Origin: a phage
Sequence record: PZ445526.1
Direction: 5' to 3' (one strand)
DNA: 64,000 nt
Under the pieces are notes generated by a model that saw only the letters and a list, made by a program, of their open reading frames with translations, was not told the origin of the DNA and made no database searches. Below are positions 44,172 to 53,442 of this stretch, in pieces. A program made the translations under genes and the position numbers. Position 1 is the stretch's first letter. The number at the start of each line of letters is the position of its first letter.

Positions 44172-46435
44172 TACAATTTACACGCTGCACAATCGTCGGC
44201 TTTAGGAGTTTCGATTTCATAATCATCAGTACCAGAACCATCGCGGGTATTATGATAATAGAAATTTTTAATGCCATAATACCATCCGTATAGCATATCA
44301 TCAATCATTATTGACATTGGAACCTTGCCTTTAGGGAAGATTTGGGGGTCATAATATGTATTTGCTGAAGCTGATTGACATACCCATTTCAGCATAATAG
44401 CTACCTGCGTAAGATAAGGTTTATTACCTTTCTTAGCTAATTTCCATGTATAATCATAGAGGTCTATGTTATGCTCAATATTGGGCACGACTTGATTAAA
44501 GGAGCCCTCTTTTGATTCTTTAACAGAGACTGGTCCACGTGGAGGCTCGATACCGTTTGTACTGTTAGAAACTTGGGAAGATGACTCACATGGCATAAGT
44601 GCTGATAATGTGCTATTACGGATGCCAAAGAGCTTAAGGTCTTCCCGCAGCGACGACCAGTCACAAACGTATTTTGGAGCTGCGATTTGGTCAATCTTTT
44701 TATTGTACCAGTCGATAGGTAATTCGCCTCGAGACCAACGAGTGTCTGAATAATATTCGCAAGGTCCTTTTTCTTTGGCGAGCTTAATGGATGCTTTAAT
44801 GAGTCCATACTGTAATCTCTCAAATAGTTCATGTGTTAAATCGTTAGCATCTTCATAAGAAGCAAAGTTACTTGCCAGCCAAGCCGCATAGTTGGTAACA
44901 CCTACACCAAGGTTACGACGCTTTTTAGCTTTTTCTGCTTCAGGAACTGGATATCCTTGGTAATCCAAAAGATTATCAAGAGCACGAACTTGAACTTCTG
45001 CCAATTCATTAATTTTATCTTGGTCTTGCCAATCGAAGTTATCCAACACAAATGCAGATAACGTGCACAAGCCAATTTCAGCATCAGGACTATTCACATC
45101 ATTTGTTGGAATAGCAATTTCACAGCACAAGTTACTCTGACGAATAGGTGCCTTTTCACGAATAAACGGAGTATAGTTATTTGTATTATCAATGAACTGC
45201 ACATAAATCCTTGCTGTTCCTGAACGTTCAGTCATGAGCAATTCAAATAGTTCACGGGCTTTAATACGCTTTTTACGAATATTAGGGTCTTTTTCTGCTG
45301 CTTCGTATAATTCACGGAAACGGTTTTGGTCTTTAAAATAAGAATAATAAAGCTCGCCACCCATTTCATGCGGACTGAACAAAGTAATGTAATCGTTCTT
45401 TCCGAATCGTTCCATCATCAAATCATTCAGTTGAACACCATAATCCATATGACGAATTCGGTTTTCTTCTACGCCTTTGTTATTTTTCAAAACGAGAAGA
45501 TTTTCAACTTCCAAATGCCAAATAGGATAATAAGCAGTAGCAGCGCCGCCACGAATTCCACCCTGTGAACATGATTTAACTGCAGTCTGAAAATGTTTCC
45601 AAAAAGGAATAACACCAGTATGACGTACTTCACCCATGCCAATCTTAGAACCTTCGGCACGAATCATACCAACGTTAATACCAATTCCAGCGCGTTTAGA
45701 GATATATTCAACAATTGAAGCGGAAGCCTTGTTGATAGACTTTAATGAATCACCTGCCTCAATAACAACACATGAACTAAACTGTCTAGTCGGAGTACGA
45801 CAACCAGCCATAATAGGAGTTGGCAGTGAAATCTGTCGAGTAGATACTGCTTCATAAAAACGGATAACATGTTTTAATCTATCAACAGGTTCATCTTGAT
45901 GCAGTGCCATTCCAATAGCCATAAATGCAAACTGTGGAGTTTCATAAATTTGACCAGTGGTTTTATCTTTAACTAGATATTTTTCTTTTAATTGCATCGC
46001 CCCGGAATAAGTAAATTCCATATCCCGCTCGTGCTTAATTTTTGATTCTAAAAATGTAATTTCTTCTGCTGAATATTTTGACAATAATTCAGGGTCATAT
46101 TTACCTTCATTTACACAGTAAGAAATATGGTCAATAAATGAACGTGGTTCATACTGCCCGTAAACATGCTTACGAAGAGCAAACATTAAACAGCGTGCAG
46201 CTACATATTGATAATCAGGTTCTTCAACCGAAATAGAATTCGCAGCGGCCTTAATGACAATAGTCTGAATATCGTCAGTTGTCATTCCATCACGGAGATA
46301 AGATTTAATATTTTCATATAATTCATAAGGATCTACTGATGTTCCCTCAGCTGCCCAAGATAAAACTTTAATAATTTTTTGTGGGTCAAAGCTCTGAGAA
46401 ACACCACTACTTTTGATAACATTAATTAATTGCAT
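44171..46435 (-). CDS. nrdA: Ribonucleotide reductase large subunit NrdA
   Basis: 754-aa ORF, T4 NrdA size; [18 protein letters not shown]...; C-terminal Cys-rich tail. Confidence 0.93.
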   Translation of the reverse strand: MQLINVIKSSGVSQSFDPQKIIKVLSWAAEGTSVDPYELYENIKSYLRDGMTTDDIQTIVIKAAANSISVEEPDYQYVAARCLMFALRKHVYGQYEPRSFIDHISYCVNEGKYDPELLSKYSAEEITFLESKIKHERDMEFTYSGAMQLKEKYLVKDKTTGQIYETPQFAFMAIGMALHQDEPVDRLKHVIRFYEAVSTRQISLPTPIMAGCRTPTRQFSSCVVIEAGDSLKSINKASASIVEYISKRAGIGINVGMIRAEGSKIGMGEVRHTGVIPFWKHFQTAVKSCSQGGIRGGAATAYYPIWHLEVENLLVLKNNKGVEENRIRHMDYGVQLNDLMMERFGKNDYITLFSPHEMGGELYYSYFKDQNRFRELYEAAEKDPNIRKKRIKARELFELLMTERSGTARIYVQFIDNTNNYTPFIREKAPIRQSNLCCEIAIPTNDVNSPDAEIGLCTLSAFVLDNFDWQDQDKINELAEVQVRALDNLLDYQGYPVPEAEKAKKRRNLGVGVTNYAAWLASNFASYEDANDLTHELFERLQYGLIKASIKLAKEKGPCEYYSDTRWSRGELPIDWYNKKIDQIAAPKYVCDWSSLREDLKLFGIRNSTLSALMPCESSSQVSNSTNGIEPPRGPVSVKESKEGSFNQVVPNIEHNIDLYDYTWKLAKKGNKPYLTQVAIMLKWVCQSASANTYYDPQIFPKGKVPMSIMIDDMLYGWYYGIKNFYYHNTRDGSGTDDYEIETPKADDCAACKL

Positions 46436-46752
46436 AAGTCCTCAACTTGAAAATCGTCTTTAAACAATCGGTTAACTATATGAGCTATTATATCACCATG
46501 ACACGGCTTTGGTTTACATGTGCATCCTAGCCTCATTCCACGTAAAGGCTCTAAATGTGCTTTAGTTATTTCTCCGGATTTAATTCGACGTATAAAATCT
46601 TTTTTGAATAATTCAATGGCAGCCTCCCGGCTGCCAGCATCTTTACCGACGTAATTTCCCCAAAATGTACCGCGGTGAATATTAACATCAAAGTCGGATT
46701 TGTATTTATTCACTACCCGGCATAGACGGCCCGGTTGGTAATAATTCTTCAT
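46426..46752 (-). CDS. nrdA.1: Hypothetical protein (nrdA.1 by position)
   Basis: 108-aa ORF with ATG start; overlaps nrdA start. Confidence 0.6.
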   Translation of the reverse strand: MKNYYQPGRLCRVVNKYKSDFDVNIHRGTFWGNYVGKDAGSREAAIELFKKDFIRRIKSGEITKAHLEPLRGMRLGCTCKPKPCHGDIIAHIVNRLFKDDFQVEDLCN

Positions 46753-46969
46753 ATTGTTTTTCCGTTAAAACAGTAATATCGTAGTAACAGTCAGAAGAAG
46801 TTTTAACTGTGGAAATTTTATTATCAAAATACTCACGAGTCATTTTATGAGTATAGTATTTTTTACCATAAATGGTAATAGGCTGTTCTGGTCCTGGAAC
46901 TTCTAACTCACTTGGGTTAGGAAGTGTAAAAAGAACAACGCCAGAAGTATCTTTAAATCGTAAAATCAT
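46706..46969 (-). CDS. nrdA.2: Hypothetical protein (nrdA.2 by position)
   Basis: Track start 46981 is TTG; first ATG at 46969 gives 87 aa; start choice uncertain. Confidence 0.5.
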   Translation of the reverse strand: MILRFKDTSGVVLFTLPNPSELEVPGPEQPITIYGKKYYTHKMTREYFDNKISTVKTSSDCYYDITVLTEKQYEELLPTGPSMPGSE

Positions 46970-46989
46970 ATATCCTCGCAATAATAAAA

Positions 46990-47850
46990 TTACACCGCCA
47001 TCTTTCCTTTAATAGGAGGGTGTGATTCATAGTTGTTAAGAACGAAATCTTTAGGCCTAAGTTTAAGAACATATTTTAATTGTTCTTTAGTAGAAAGATA
47101 TCGGAATTTATAAGGTAGACCACTTATTACCAGCTCACAAAGCTCTTTAGGTTCACGCCTCAAAATTTCTTTACATTGTTCTACGTGATTCATATAGATA
47201 TGAGTATTACCACCAGAAAATATCAAATCTCCCGGAATAAGATTACACATCTTAGCTACAATATGAACTAACGTAGCATATGATGCAATATTAAATGGAA
47301 GACCGAGGAAAACATCTACCGAACGTTGATACCACTGCAAATCCAAATAGCCATTACGCACATTAAACTGATAGAACATATGACAAGGTGGTAATGCCAT
47401 CTGCTTAAGTTCTGCCGGATTCCACGCAGAAACAATTTGACGCCTATCATTTGGCAGTTTTTTAATACGATCAATAACTTCTATAATTTGGTCTACACCA
47501 CCAAAATCACGCCACTGTTTTCCATAAATTGGACCAAGTTCACCGCTATGGTATCCTAAATCTTTTGCTTGATTTTCGTAATTTTCATCCCAAACTGTTT
47601 TGCCTTGGATTAACGAATCATGTTGAATTAATCGCAAATCATTGACATTTGTGCTTCCCGATAAAAACCATATTAGCTCAGCAATGCAAGCTTTCCAGGC
47701 GAGCTTCTTAGTTGTTACCGCAGGAAAACCTTTGGTTAAATCCCAACGCAATTTAGTACCGAACAAAGCAATTGTTCCTGTGCCTGTTCGGTCATCGGTT
47801 TCATAACCATTTTCAAGGATGTTTTTAATTAAATCTTGGTATTGTTTCAT
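46990..47850 (-). CDS. td: Thymidylate synthase (uninterrupted)
   Basis: 286-aa continuous ORF with active-site PPCHMFYQF; no intron. Confidence 0.93.
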   Translation of the reverse strand: MKQYQDLIKNILENGYETDDRTGTGTIALFGTKLRWDLTKGFPAVTTKKLAWKACIAELIWFLSGSTNVNDLRLIQHDSLIQGKTVWDENYENQAKDLGYHSGELGPIYGKQWRDFGGVDQIIEVIDRIKKLPNDRRQIVSAWNPAELKQMALPPCHMFYQFNVRNGYLDLQWYQRSVDVFLGLPFNIASYATLVHIVAKMCNLIPGDLIFSGGNTHIYMNHVEQCKEILRREPKELCELVISGLPYKFRYLSTKEQLKYVLKLRPKDFVLNNYESHPPIKGKMAV

Positions 47851-47865
47851 TTAACACCTATATAA

Positions 47866-48213
47866 TCAATACGGTTTAGCATCAAATTTTCTTTCAATTT
47901 CAGGCGTAAAATATAATTCTTTACCACGTTTGGAAAAGCGACCAATAATATGATAATTATTCTCATCAAACGTGATATTACCAATATCCATAGCTTTCAA
48001 CCAAATATCGATATTTCTATCCAGCTTTATGTCAAAATTCCAATACGGAGAAATATTACCGAAAATACTGCAAGCGGATTCAGTGAAACAACTGCTATAA
48101 ATCTTGTCTTTAGGAACTACTAATTGATAGACACCTTTAATAAACTGAGGACCTTGCCATTTTGGCTGTTTCACGTCTTTTTCTAATAAAATAGGGTAAT
48201 AATTAAAATTCAT
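47866..48213 (-). CDS. Hypothetical protein inserted between frd and td
   Basis: Track ORF begins at GTG 48225; first ATG at 48213 gives 115 aa; no recognisable motif. Confidence 0.5.
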   Translation of the reverse strand: MNFNYYPILLEKDVKQPKWQGPQFIKGVYQLVVPKDKIYSSCFTESACSIFGNISPYWNFDIKLDRNIDIWLKAMDIGNITFDENNYHIIGRFSKRGKELYFTPEIERKFDAKPY

Positions 48214-48233
48214 ATTTTCCGCCACGCGTTATT

Positions 48234-49060
<827 letters not shown>

Positions 49061-49070
49061 ATTATTTTCC

Positions 49071-49313
49071 TTAAACAGACTTTTTCACAATTTTCCAATC
49101 AGCTTTAAACTGTTCAACGTCAGAATGGTAAATCCAGAATCCTGCGCTTTCTCCGTCTTCATAAAGAGGACATCCATCACATTCATCTTCCCACCCCATA
49201 TCACGTAAAAGGTGTTCAGCTTTTTCAACAAGCTCAGAATCTTTACCGATGATATTAAAATACCATTTACCTCTAACTTCTGAATCTTTGATGCTTTGGC
49301 GTTGTAATCTCAT
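49071..49313 (-). CDS. Hypothetical protein
   Basis: 80-aa ORF; sigma70-like early promoter upstream. Confidence 0.6.
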   Translation of the reverse strand: MRLQRQSIKDSEVRGKWYFNIIGKDSELVEKAEHLLRDMGWEDECDGCPLYEDGESAGFWIYHSDVEQFKADWKIVKKSV

Positions 49314-49338
49314 TTTATTCTCCTCAGTTGATAGGGTA

Positions 49339-49367
49339 ATAGTATCACACTACTACCCTGTTGTAAA
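49339..49367 (-). promoter_or_regulatory. Sigma70-like early promoter (-35 TTTACA, 17 bp, TGn, -10 TACTAT)
   Basis: Minus-strand motif directly after the stop codon of the 126-aa ORF, upstream of the 80-aa ORF. Confidence 0.5.
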
Positions 49368-49748
49368 CTACTTTTTGAAAGTTTTTCGCAAAAGTTCAAT
49401 GATTTCATCTACATTGTTTTCATCTACAATGCAGTGAATTTTTGTTACGCCAGAAACCGGGTCTTTGACTTCGTCTTTTTCAGAAGTCGGTTCTTTATAC
49501 TCGCGAAAACAATGAAATTCGTCTTCGCAAATTTCTAAAAGTCTATCTTTGAGGTAAAAATGCTTTCCATTTGCGCATTCAATGTGTTTTACTGCTTTAT
49601 ATCCGTTAGCGACGGAAACTTCTTTAACTTCAAACCATCCGCCATTATCTCGAATGGCTTTAACTATTGATGAATTAGAACGTGGGCTATAATTAATAAA
49701 TGTATCAATAAGTCTTGGAACAAGTTCATACTTTTTACCGGTATACAT
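49368..49748 (-). CDS. Hypothetical protein
   Basis: 126-aa ORF with ATG start; hairpin upstream. Confidence 0.6.
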   Translation of the reverse strand: MYTGKKYELVPRLIDTFINYSPRSNSSIVKAIRDNGGWFEVKEVSVANGYKAVKHIECANGKHFYLKDRLLEICEDEFHCFREYKEPTSEKDEVKDPVSGVTKIHCIVDENNVDEIIELLRKTFKK

Positions 49749-49768
49749 TACGGTTTCCTCATTTTAAT

Positions 49769-49786
49769 AGGGGCTTGATAGCCCCT
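49769..49786 (-). terminator. Stem-loop between the 97-aa and 126-aa ORFs
   Basis: AGGGGC-TTGATA-GCCCCT. Confidence 0.45.
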
Positions 49787-49792
49787 TGATAA

Positions 49793-50086
49793 TTATTGTT
49801 CAATCAGTCCCATGTAAAATTCTGCGTCTTCAGAATCCATGCCATCGCAATATTCATTAGCCATAAAGCGGGTGAGGTCTTCAAGAGGACCTTCAATGAC
49901 AATAGAAAAATTGCAATAATTGGGATCATCGTGAATACTTGTGATACTAAGTTCAGGATAACGATTACGAATAATCTCTTCAATATATTCAAAATCAACG
50001 ATGTCAATATCAACTTTAGCCATATTATTTTCCTCTTTAATCATCAGCAGTATTGCCGATAGTTGTATAGTACCATGGAAGGACAA
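49793..50086 (-). CDS. Hypothetical acidic protein (start uncertain)
   Basis: 97-aa ORF between gene 32 terminator and the hairpin at about 49769-49786; internal ATG (MAKVDIDIV) also possible. Confidence 0.45.
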   Translation of the reverse strand: MSFHGTIQLSAILLMIKEENNMAKVDIDIVDFEYIEEIIRNRYPELSITSIHDDPNYCNFSIVIEGPLEDLTRFMANEYCDGMDSEDAEFYMGLIEQ

Positions 50087-50127
50087 GGATGTAAACCGTT
50101 TTGTGAAAAAATTTTTGAAATAAAAAA

Positions 50128-50146
50128 GGGGACCTCTAGGGTCCCC
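50128..50146 (-). terminator. Gene 32 terminator
   Basis: GGGGACC-TCTAG-GGTCCCC followed on the transcript by UUUUUUAUUU. Confidence 0.7.
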
Positions 50147-50168
50147 AATTAATTAGTAATATAATCTA

Positions 50169-51077
50169 TTAAAGGTCATTCAAAAGGTCATCCAGGTCCG
50201 TGTCATCAGCACTAGATGAACTGCCAGAGCTTGAGCTCATAAAATCATCTTCAGTTTTTGTATTGAAGTCATCAACATTGAATGCATCCAAATCATCAGC
50301 AACTTTATCAGCTTTCTTAGCGGCAGTTGCTGCGGCACCGCCCATCACAGCAGTTCCCATAACTTGACTGAACTTAGTGCTCAGTTCTTCAAATGATTTG
50401 AATTTATCTTTAGAAGTCATTTCAGAAAGGTCAACCATTTGTTCGAACAGTTCTTTCTGGAAAGATTTATCGTCAATGTTTGGAATCGCAGATTGATTCA
50501 GGAATTTAGATTCGTCGTAGTTACTAAATCCAGAAACTTGTTTAACTTTCAGTACAAAGTTAGCACCTTCCCACGGACAAGTTACATCAACCGGAGTTTC
50601 ACCCATTTCAACATCAACTGCAATCATTGCATTGATTTTATCCCAGATTTTCTTACCGAAACGGTATTTAAATACTTTACCTTCATTTTCTGGAGCAGCT
50701 GGGTCTTTTACTACAAGAATGTTAGCCCAGTAAGAAGTTTTACGTTTAACAAGACTGTACTCTTTATTGTCAGTGTTGTACAGATCATTTTTACTGATGT
50801 ATTGACATACTGGACAAGAATCGTAATCACCGTGGGTAGATGAGCAATTTTCGATATACCATTTACCGTTTTTCTTGAAACCGTGATTTACAAGAATTGC
50901 AAATGGTGCCTGTTCATCATTTTTAGACGGAAGAAAACGAATTACTGCTTGACCGTTACCCGCATTATCGAGTTTCAGTTTCCACTCGCCTTTATCTTCA
51001 GAAGAAAAACCACCTTTATTTCCAGCCAGTTTAGCCATTTGTGCAGCGAGTTCAGCAGTAGATTTACGTTTAAACAT
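50169..51077 (-). CDS. 32: Single-stranded DNA-binding protein gp32
   Basis: 302-aa [27 protein letters not shown]...; Zn-binding Cys/His; acidic Ser-rich C-terminus; operator sequence upstream. Confidence 0.95.
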   Translation of the reverse strand: MFKRKSTAELAAQMAKLAGNKGGFSSEDKGEWKLKLDNAGNGQAVIRFLPSKNDEQAPFAILVNHGFKKNGKWYIENCSSTHGDYDSCPVCQYISKNDLYNTDNKEYSLVKRKTSYWANILVVKDPAAPENEGKVFKYRFGKKIWDKINAMIAVDVEMGETPVDVTCPWEGANFVLKVKQVSGFSNYDESKFLNQSAIPNIDDKSFQKELFEQMVDLSEMTSKDKFKSFEELSTKFSQVMGTAVMGGAAATAAKKADKVADDLDAFNVDDFNTKTEDDFMSSSSGSSSSADDTDLDDLLNDL

Positions 51078-51150
51078 TTTTATTTCCTTTTTAATTTAAT
51101 TAACAGTTGGTGCTATGACGATGTATGACCTCATAGCTGGTCAGTGAGAT
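51078..51150 (-). promoter_or_regulatory. Gene 32 translational operator (autoregulatory 5' leader)
   Basis: mRNA-sense leader ends ...CUGUUAAUUAAAUUAAAAAGGAAAUAAAAAUG, the AU-rich repeated UUAAA region known as the gp32 binding operator in T4. Confidence 0.6.
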
Positions 51151-51160
51151 AATTATAATC

Positions 51161-51168
51161 TATTTATA
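51161..51168 (-). promoter_or_regulatory. Late promoter (minus strand) for gene 32
   Basis: Plus-strand TATTTATA in the 59-32 intergenic region; MotA-box-like TTGCTTA just upstream at the gp59 stop. Confidence 0.5.
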
Positions 51169-51176
51169 ATAAGCAA

Positions 51177-51830
51177 TTAATACTTGCAAGATTTCACAGT
51201 TTCAATGAAAACACTTTTAGCTTTCTGTGAATCAATATTTAAAATTTTTCTATAAGCCTTTAACTTTATAGAATAATTATTCCAGACTAAATTATCAGTC
51301 TGTTCATCATGTTTATCAATTATATTTAAAAATGAATCAAGCAAGATAAACGTCTCAAACGAAATTATGTTCGATTGCAGAAGTTTAAAAATATAACTTG
51401 ACTGAACCTTTGGATTATATTCAAAGATTTCTTTAAAAGCAGAAACTTCAACTTTTTTACTAAAATAATAAATGTTGCGAATATCTTCTTCAAACTTAAA
51501 TTTAATTTGCTTTAAGCGTCCGATATATTCACGATAAAACACAAGTGCATCAGCGTCAGAGATGTCACCAATCCAAGCATCTTGGTTAGCAACAAGATTG
51601 CTTATAAAGATTAAAGCAAGTTCCTTTAATTTATATTTTTCTGATAACTTCTGGAAAAAATACTTATCCCTTCGCTTTTGATAAGCGGCATCAGACACCC
51701 GCATGCACCAATTATACTTAATTACATCATACTTTCCATTCATATGCTGTTTTATCATTAAGTATAATTTATAAACTGATTTACCATCAATGTATCTTTC
51801 ACCACCAGCAGGCATGCGGAGTTTAATCAT
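51177..51830 (-). CDS. 59: Helicase loader gp59
   Basis: 217-aa ORF, T4 gp59 size; directly upstream of gene 32 with only about 100 nt between. Confidence 0.9.
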   Translation of the reverse strand: MIKLRMPAGGERYIDGKSVYKLYLMIKQHMNGKYDVIKYNWCMRVSDAAYQKRRDKYFFQKLSEKYKLKELALIFISNLVANQDAWIGDISDADALVFYREYIGRLKQIKFKFEEDIRNIYYFSKKVEVSAFKEIFEYNPKVQSSYIFKLLQSNIISFETFILLDSFLNIIDKHDEQTDNLVWNNYSIKLKAYRKILNIDSQKAKSVFIETVKSCKY

Positions 51831-52165
51831 AGCAGAAAATCTAATGTATTAGTTTTTTCACAACGAACAACAGAAGGACGTAAAAGATTTTCGTCAATAG
51901 CTTCTGACTGAATTTTTTCAATTATACCCGAAGGAATAAATTTAGCAAATTGAGTTTCAGGAATAGAATTTTCTTCCAAGAATGCTGTCGTAGCTTCAAG
52001 ATAACTCATTCCAAACTCTTCTACCATTTTTTCAATAATAAATCCGTTTTCTTGACGATCAAGAAGCTTTGCTATTTCATCCTTTTCTTTCTTAATTGAA
52101 AGTTCTTTTTCTGAAAGACCGGTCTCATCGACCGGACGAATATCATTTAGAGAAAACTGTGTCAT
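51827..52165 (-). CDS. 33: Late transcription co-activator gp33
   Basis: Track ORF starts at TTG; ATG at 52165 gives 112 aa (MTQFSLNDIRPV...); ATGA overlap with gene 59. Confidence 0.85.
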   Translation of the reverse strand: MTQFSLNDIRPVDETGLSEKELSIKKEKDEIAKLLDRQENGFIIEKMVEEFGMSYLEATTAFLEENSIPETQFAKFIPSGIIEKIQSEAIDENLLRPSVVRCEKTNTLDFLL

Positions 52166-52412
52166 AAAGTTCAACTACCTCTTCAGTTTCAGCTTCAAAC
52201 ACATCACGGTTATCTTTATGATACAGAGCTAATAGACGATTAAACATCTTACCATCAACGCCAAGTTCATCTTTAGCACGAATTCGAATATCTTTAATCA
52301 GTTCATTATAACCGGAAATTTTCAGTTTATGATCAGATGCTTCTTTAATAAATTTAGCCAAGTCTTCGCCATGGATAGCTTCATCAAATTCAACCATTTC
52401 TTTTTTAGCCAT
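52143..52412 (-). CDS. dsbA: DsbA double-stranded DNA-binding protein
   Basis: 89-aa ORF, T4 DsbA size and position. Confidence 0.85.
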   Translation of the reverse strand: MAKKEMVEFDEAIHGEDLAKFIKEASDHKLKISGYNELIKDIRIRAKDELGVDGKMFNRLLALYHKDNRDVFEAETEEVVELYDTVFSK

Positions 52413-52420
52413 TATTCACC

Positions 52421-53338
52421 TCAAAATTCATTAATGCTATTAGTTAATTTAGAAAGACCCGCTTTTACAAAATATGAATAAATTTTGCCACGCGGTGGTA
52501 ATTTATATGAATTATAGTAATTCACAATGTTTGAAGCAATATTATCAGGAATATAATCAAAATCAATTAGAACTAAATTTTCTTTATAACGATTATATTC
52601 AGATTCTGTGAGAAGCACCTTAGCTTGCTCACGGTCATTAGCAATAGCTTCAACGATTGAAGTTTTCATTGAAGGAGTTCGTTCACCTTCAACTCTGGTA
52701 AACCAAAAGTCAGAACGTACTTTAACTGAAGCAACGTTATCCTTTTTGTCACCCTTAAGAATTTTAGTCATACAATCAATTTCAGCAGAACCGCTTTTAA
52801 TTTTAACCCATTTCTTGTGCATCGGTGACCATTGCTTAACATTTGGATATTTGTGAAGCTGAGTAAAGTCACCATCAGATGAAATGATTAAAATCTTATG
52901 CCCTTCTAAAGAGAACTTTTTAACAAGAACAGCAATGTGGTCATCTGCTTCATACTTATCAATATCCATAACAATGTATGGCATATAAGCTTTCAATTCA
53001 TCTATAACTTTATGGCTGGATTCAAAATAACCTTCCCAGTCCCAAGTAGATTCTTCTCGTGCTTTTCCACGGTTTTTCTTGTAATAATACGCGAAATCAC
53101 GACGCCAGTATCCAGATTTCGCGTTATCAATACACAGTACAATTTTAGTGTATCCAAGCGTTTTTGCTTTTTTGACATTAAACTTAATTGAGTTCAATAT
53201 CAAATGACGAACCATTGATAAATTAATTTTTTCTTTATCTGGGAAGTTTACTAAAGCAGTTGAAAGCGCGATTTGACTAAAGTCAATAAAGCAAATTCCT
53301 TCTTTGTAATCTTCATCCAGCATCATTTCTAAATCCAT
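52421..53338 (-). CDS. rnh: RNase H (5'-3' exonuclease / flap endonuclease)
   Basis: Track ORF starts at TTG; ATG at 53338 gives 305 aa (MDLEMMLDEDYKEG...), matching T4 RNase H. Confidence 0.92.
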   Translation of the reverse strand: MDLEMMLDEDYKEGICFIDFSQIALSTALVNFPDKEKINLSMVRHLILNSIKFNVKKAKTLGYTKIVLCIDNAKSGYWRRDFAYYYKKNRGKAREESTWDWEGYFESSHKVIDELKAYMPYIVMDIDKYEADDHIAVLVKKFSLEGHKILIISSDGDFTQLHKYPNVKQWSPMHKKWVKIKSGSAEIDCMTKILKGDKKDNVASVKVRSDFWFTRVEGERTPSMKTSIVEAIANDREQAKVLLTESEYNRYKENLVLIDFDYIPDNIASNIVNYYNSYKLPPRGKIYSYFVKAGLSKLTNSINEF

Positions 53339-53400
53339 ATGAACCTCGTTCAATTAGTGAGATTTCTATTATATACCATCCAAATCTTAAAGTAAACAAG

Positions 53401-53408
53401 TATAAATA
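53401..53408 (+). promoter_or_regulatory. Late promoter TATAAATA upstream of gene 34
   Basis: Exact motif 35 nt before the gene 34 ATG in the rnh/34 divergent gap. Confidence 0.7.
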
Positions 53409-53442
53409 CTTATTATTGAAAACACAATAGGAGCCCGGGAGA

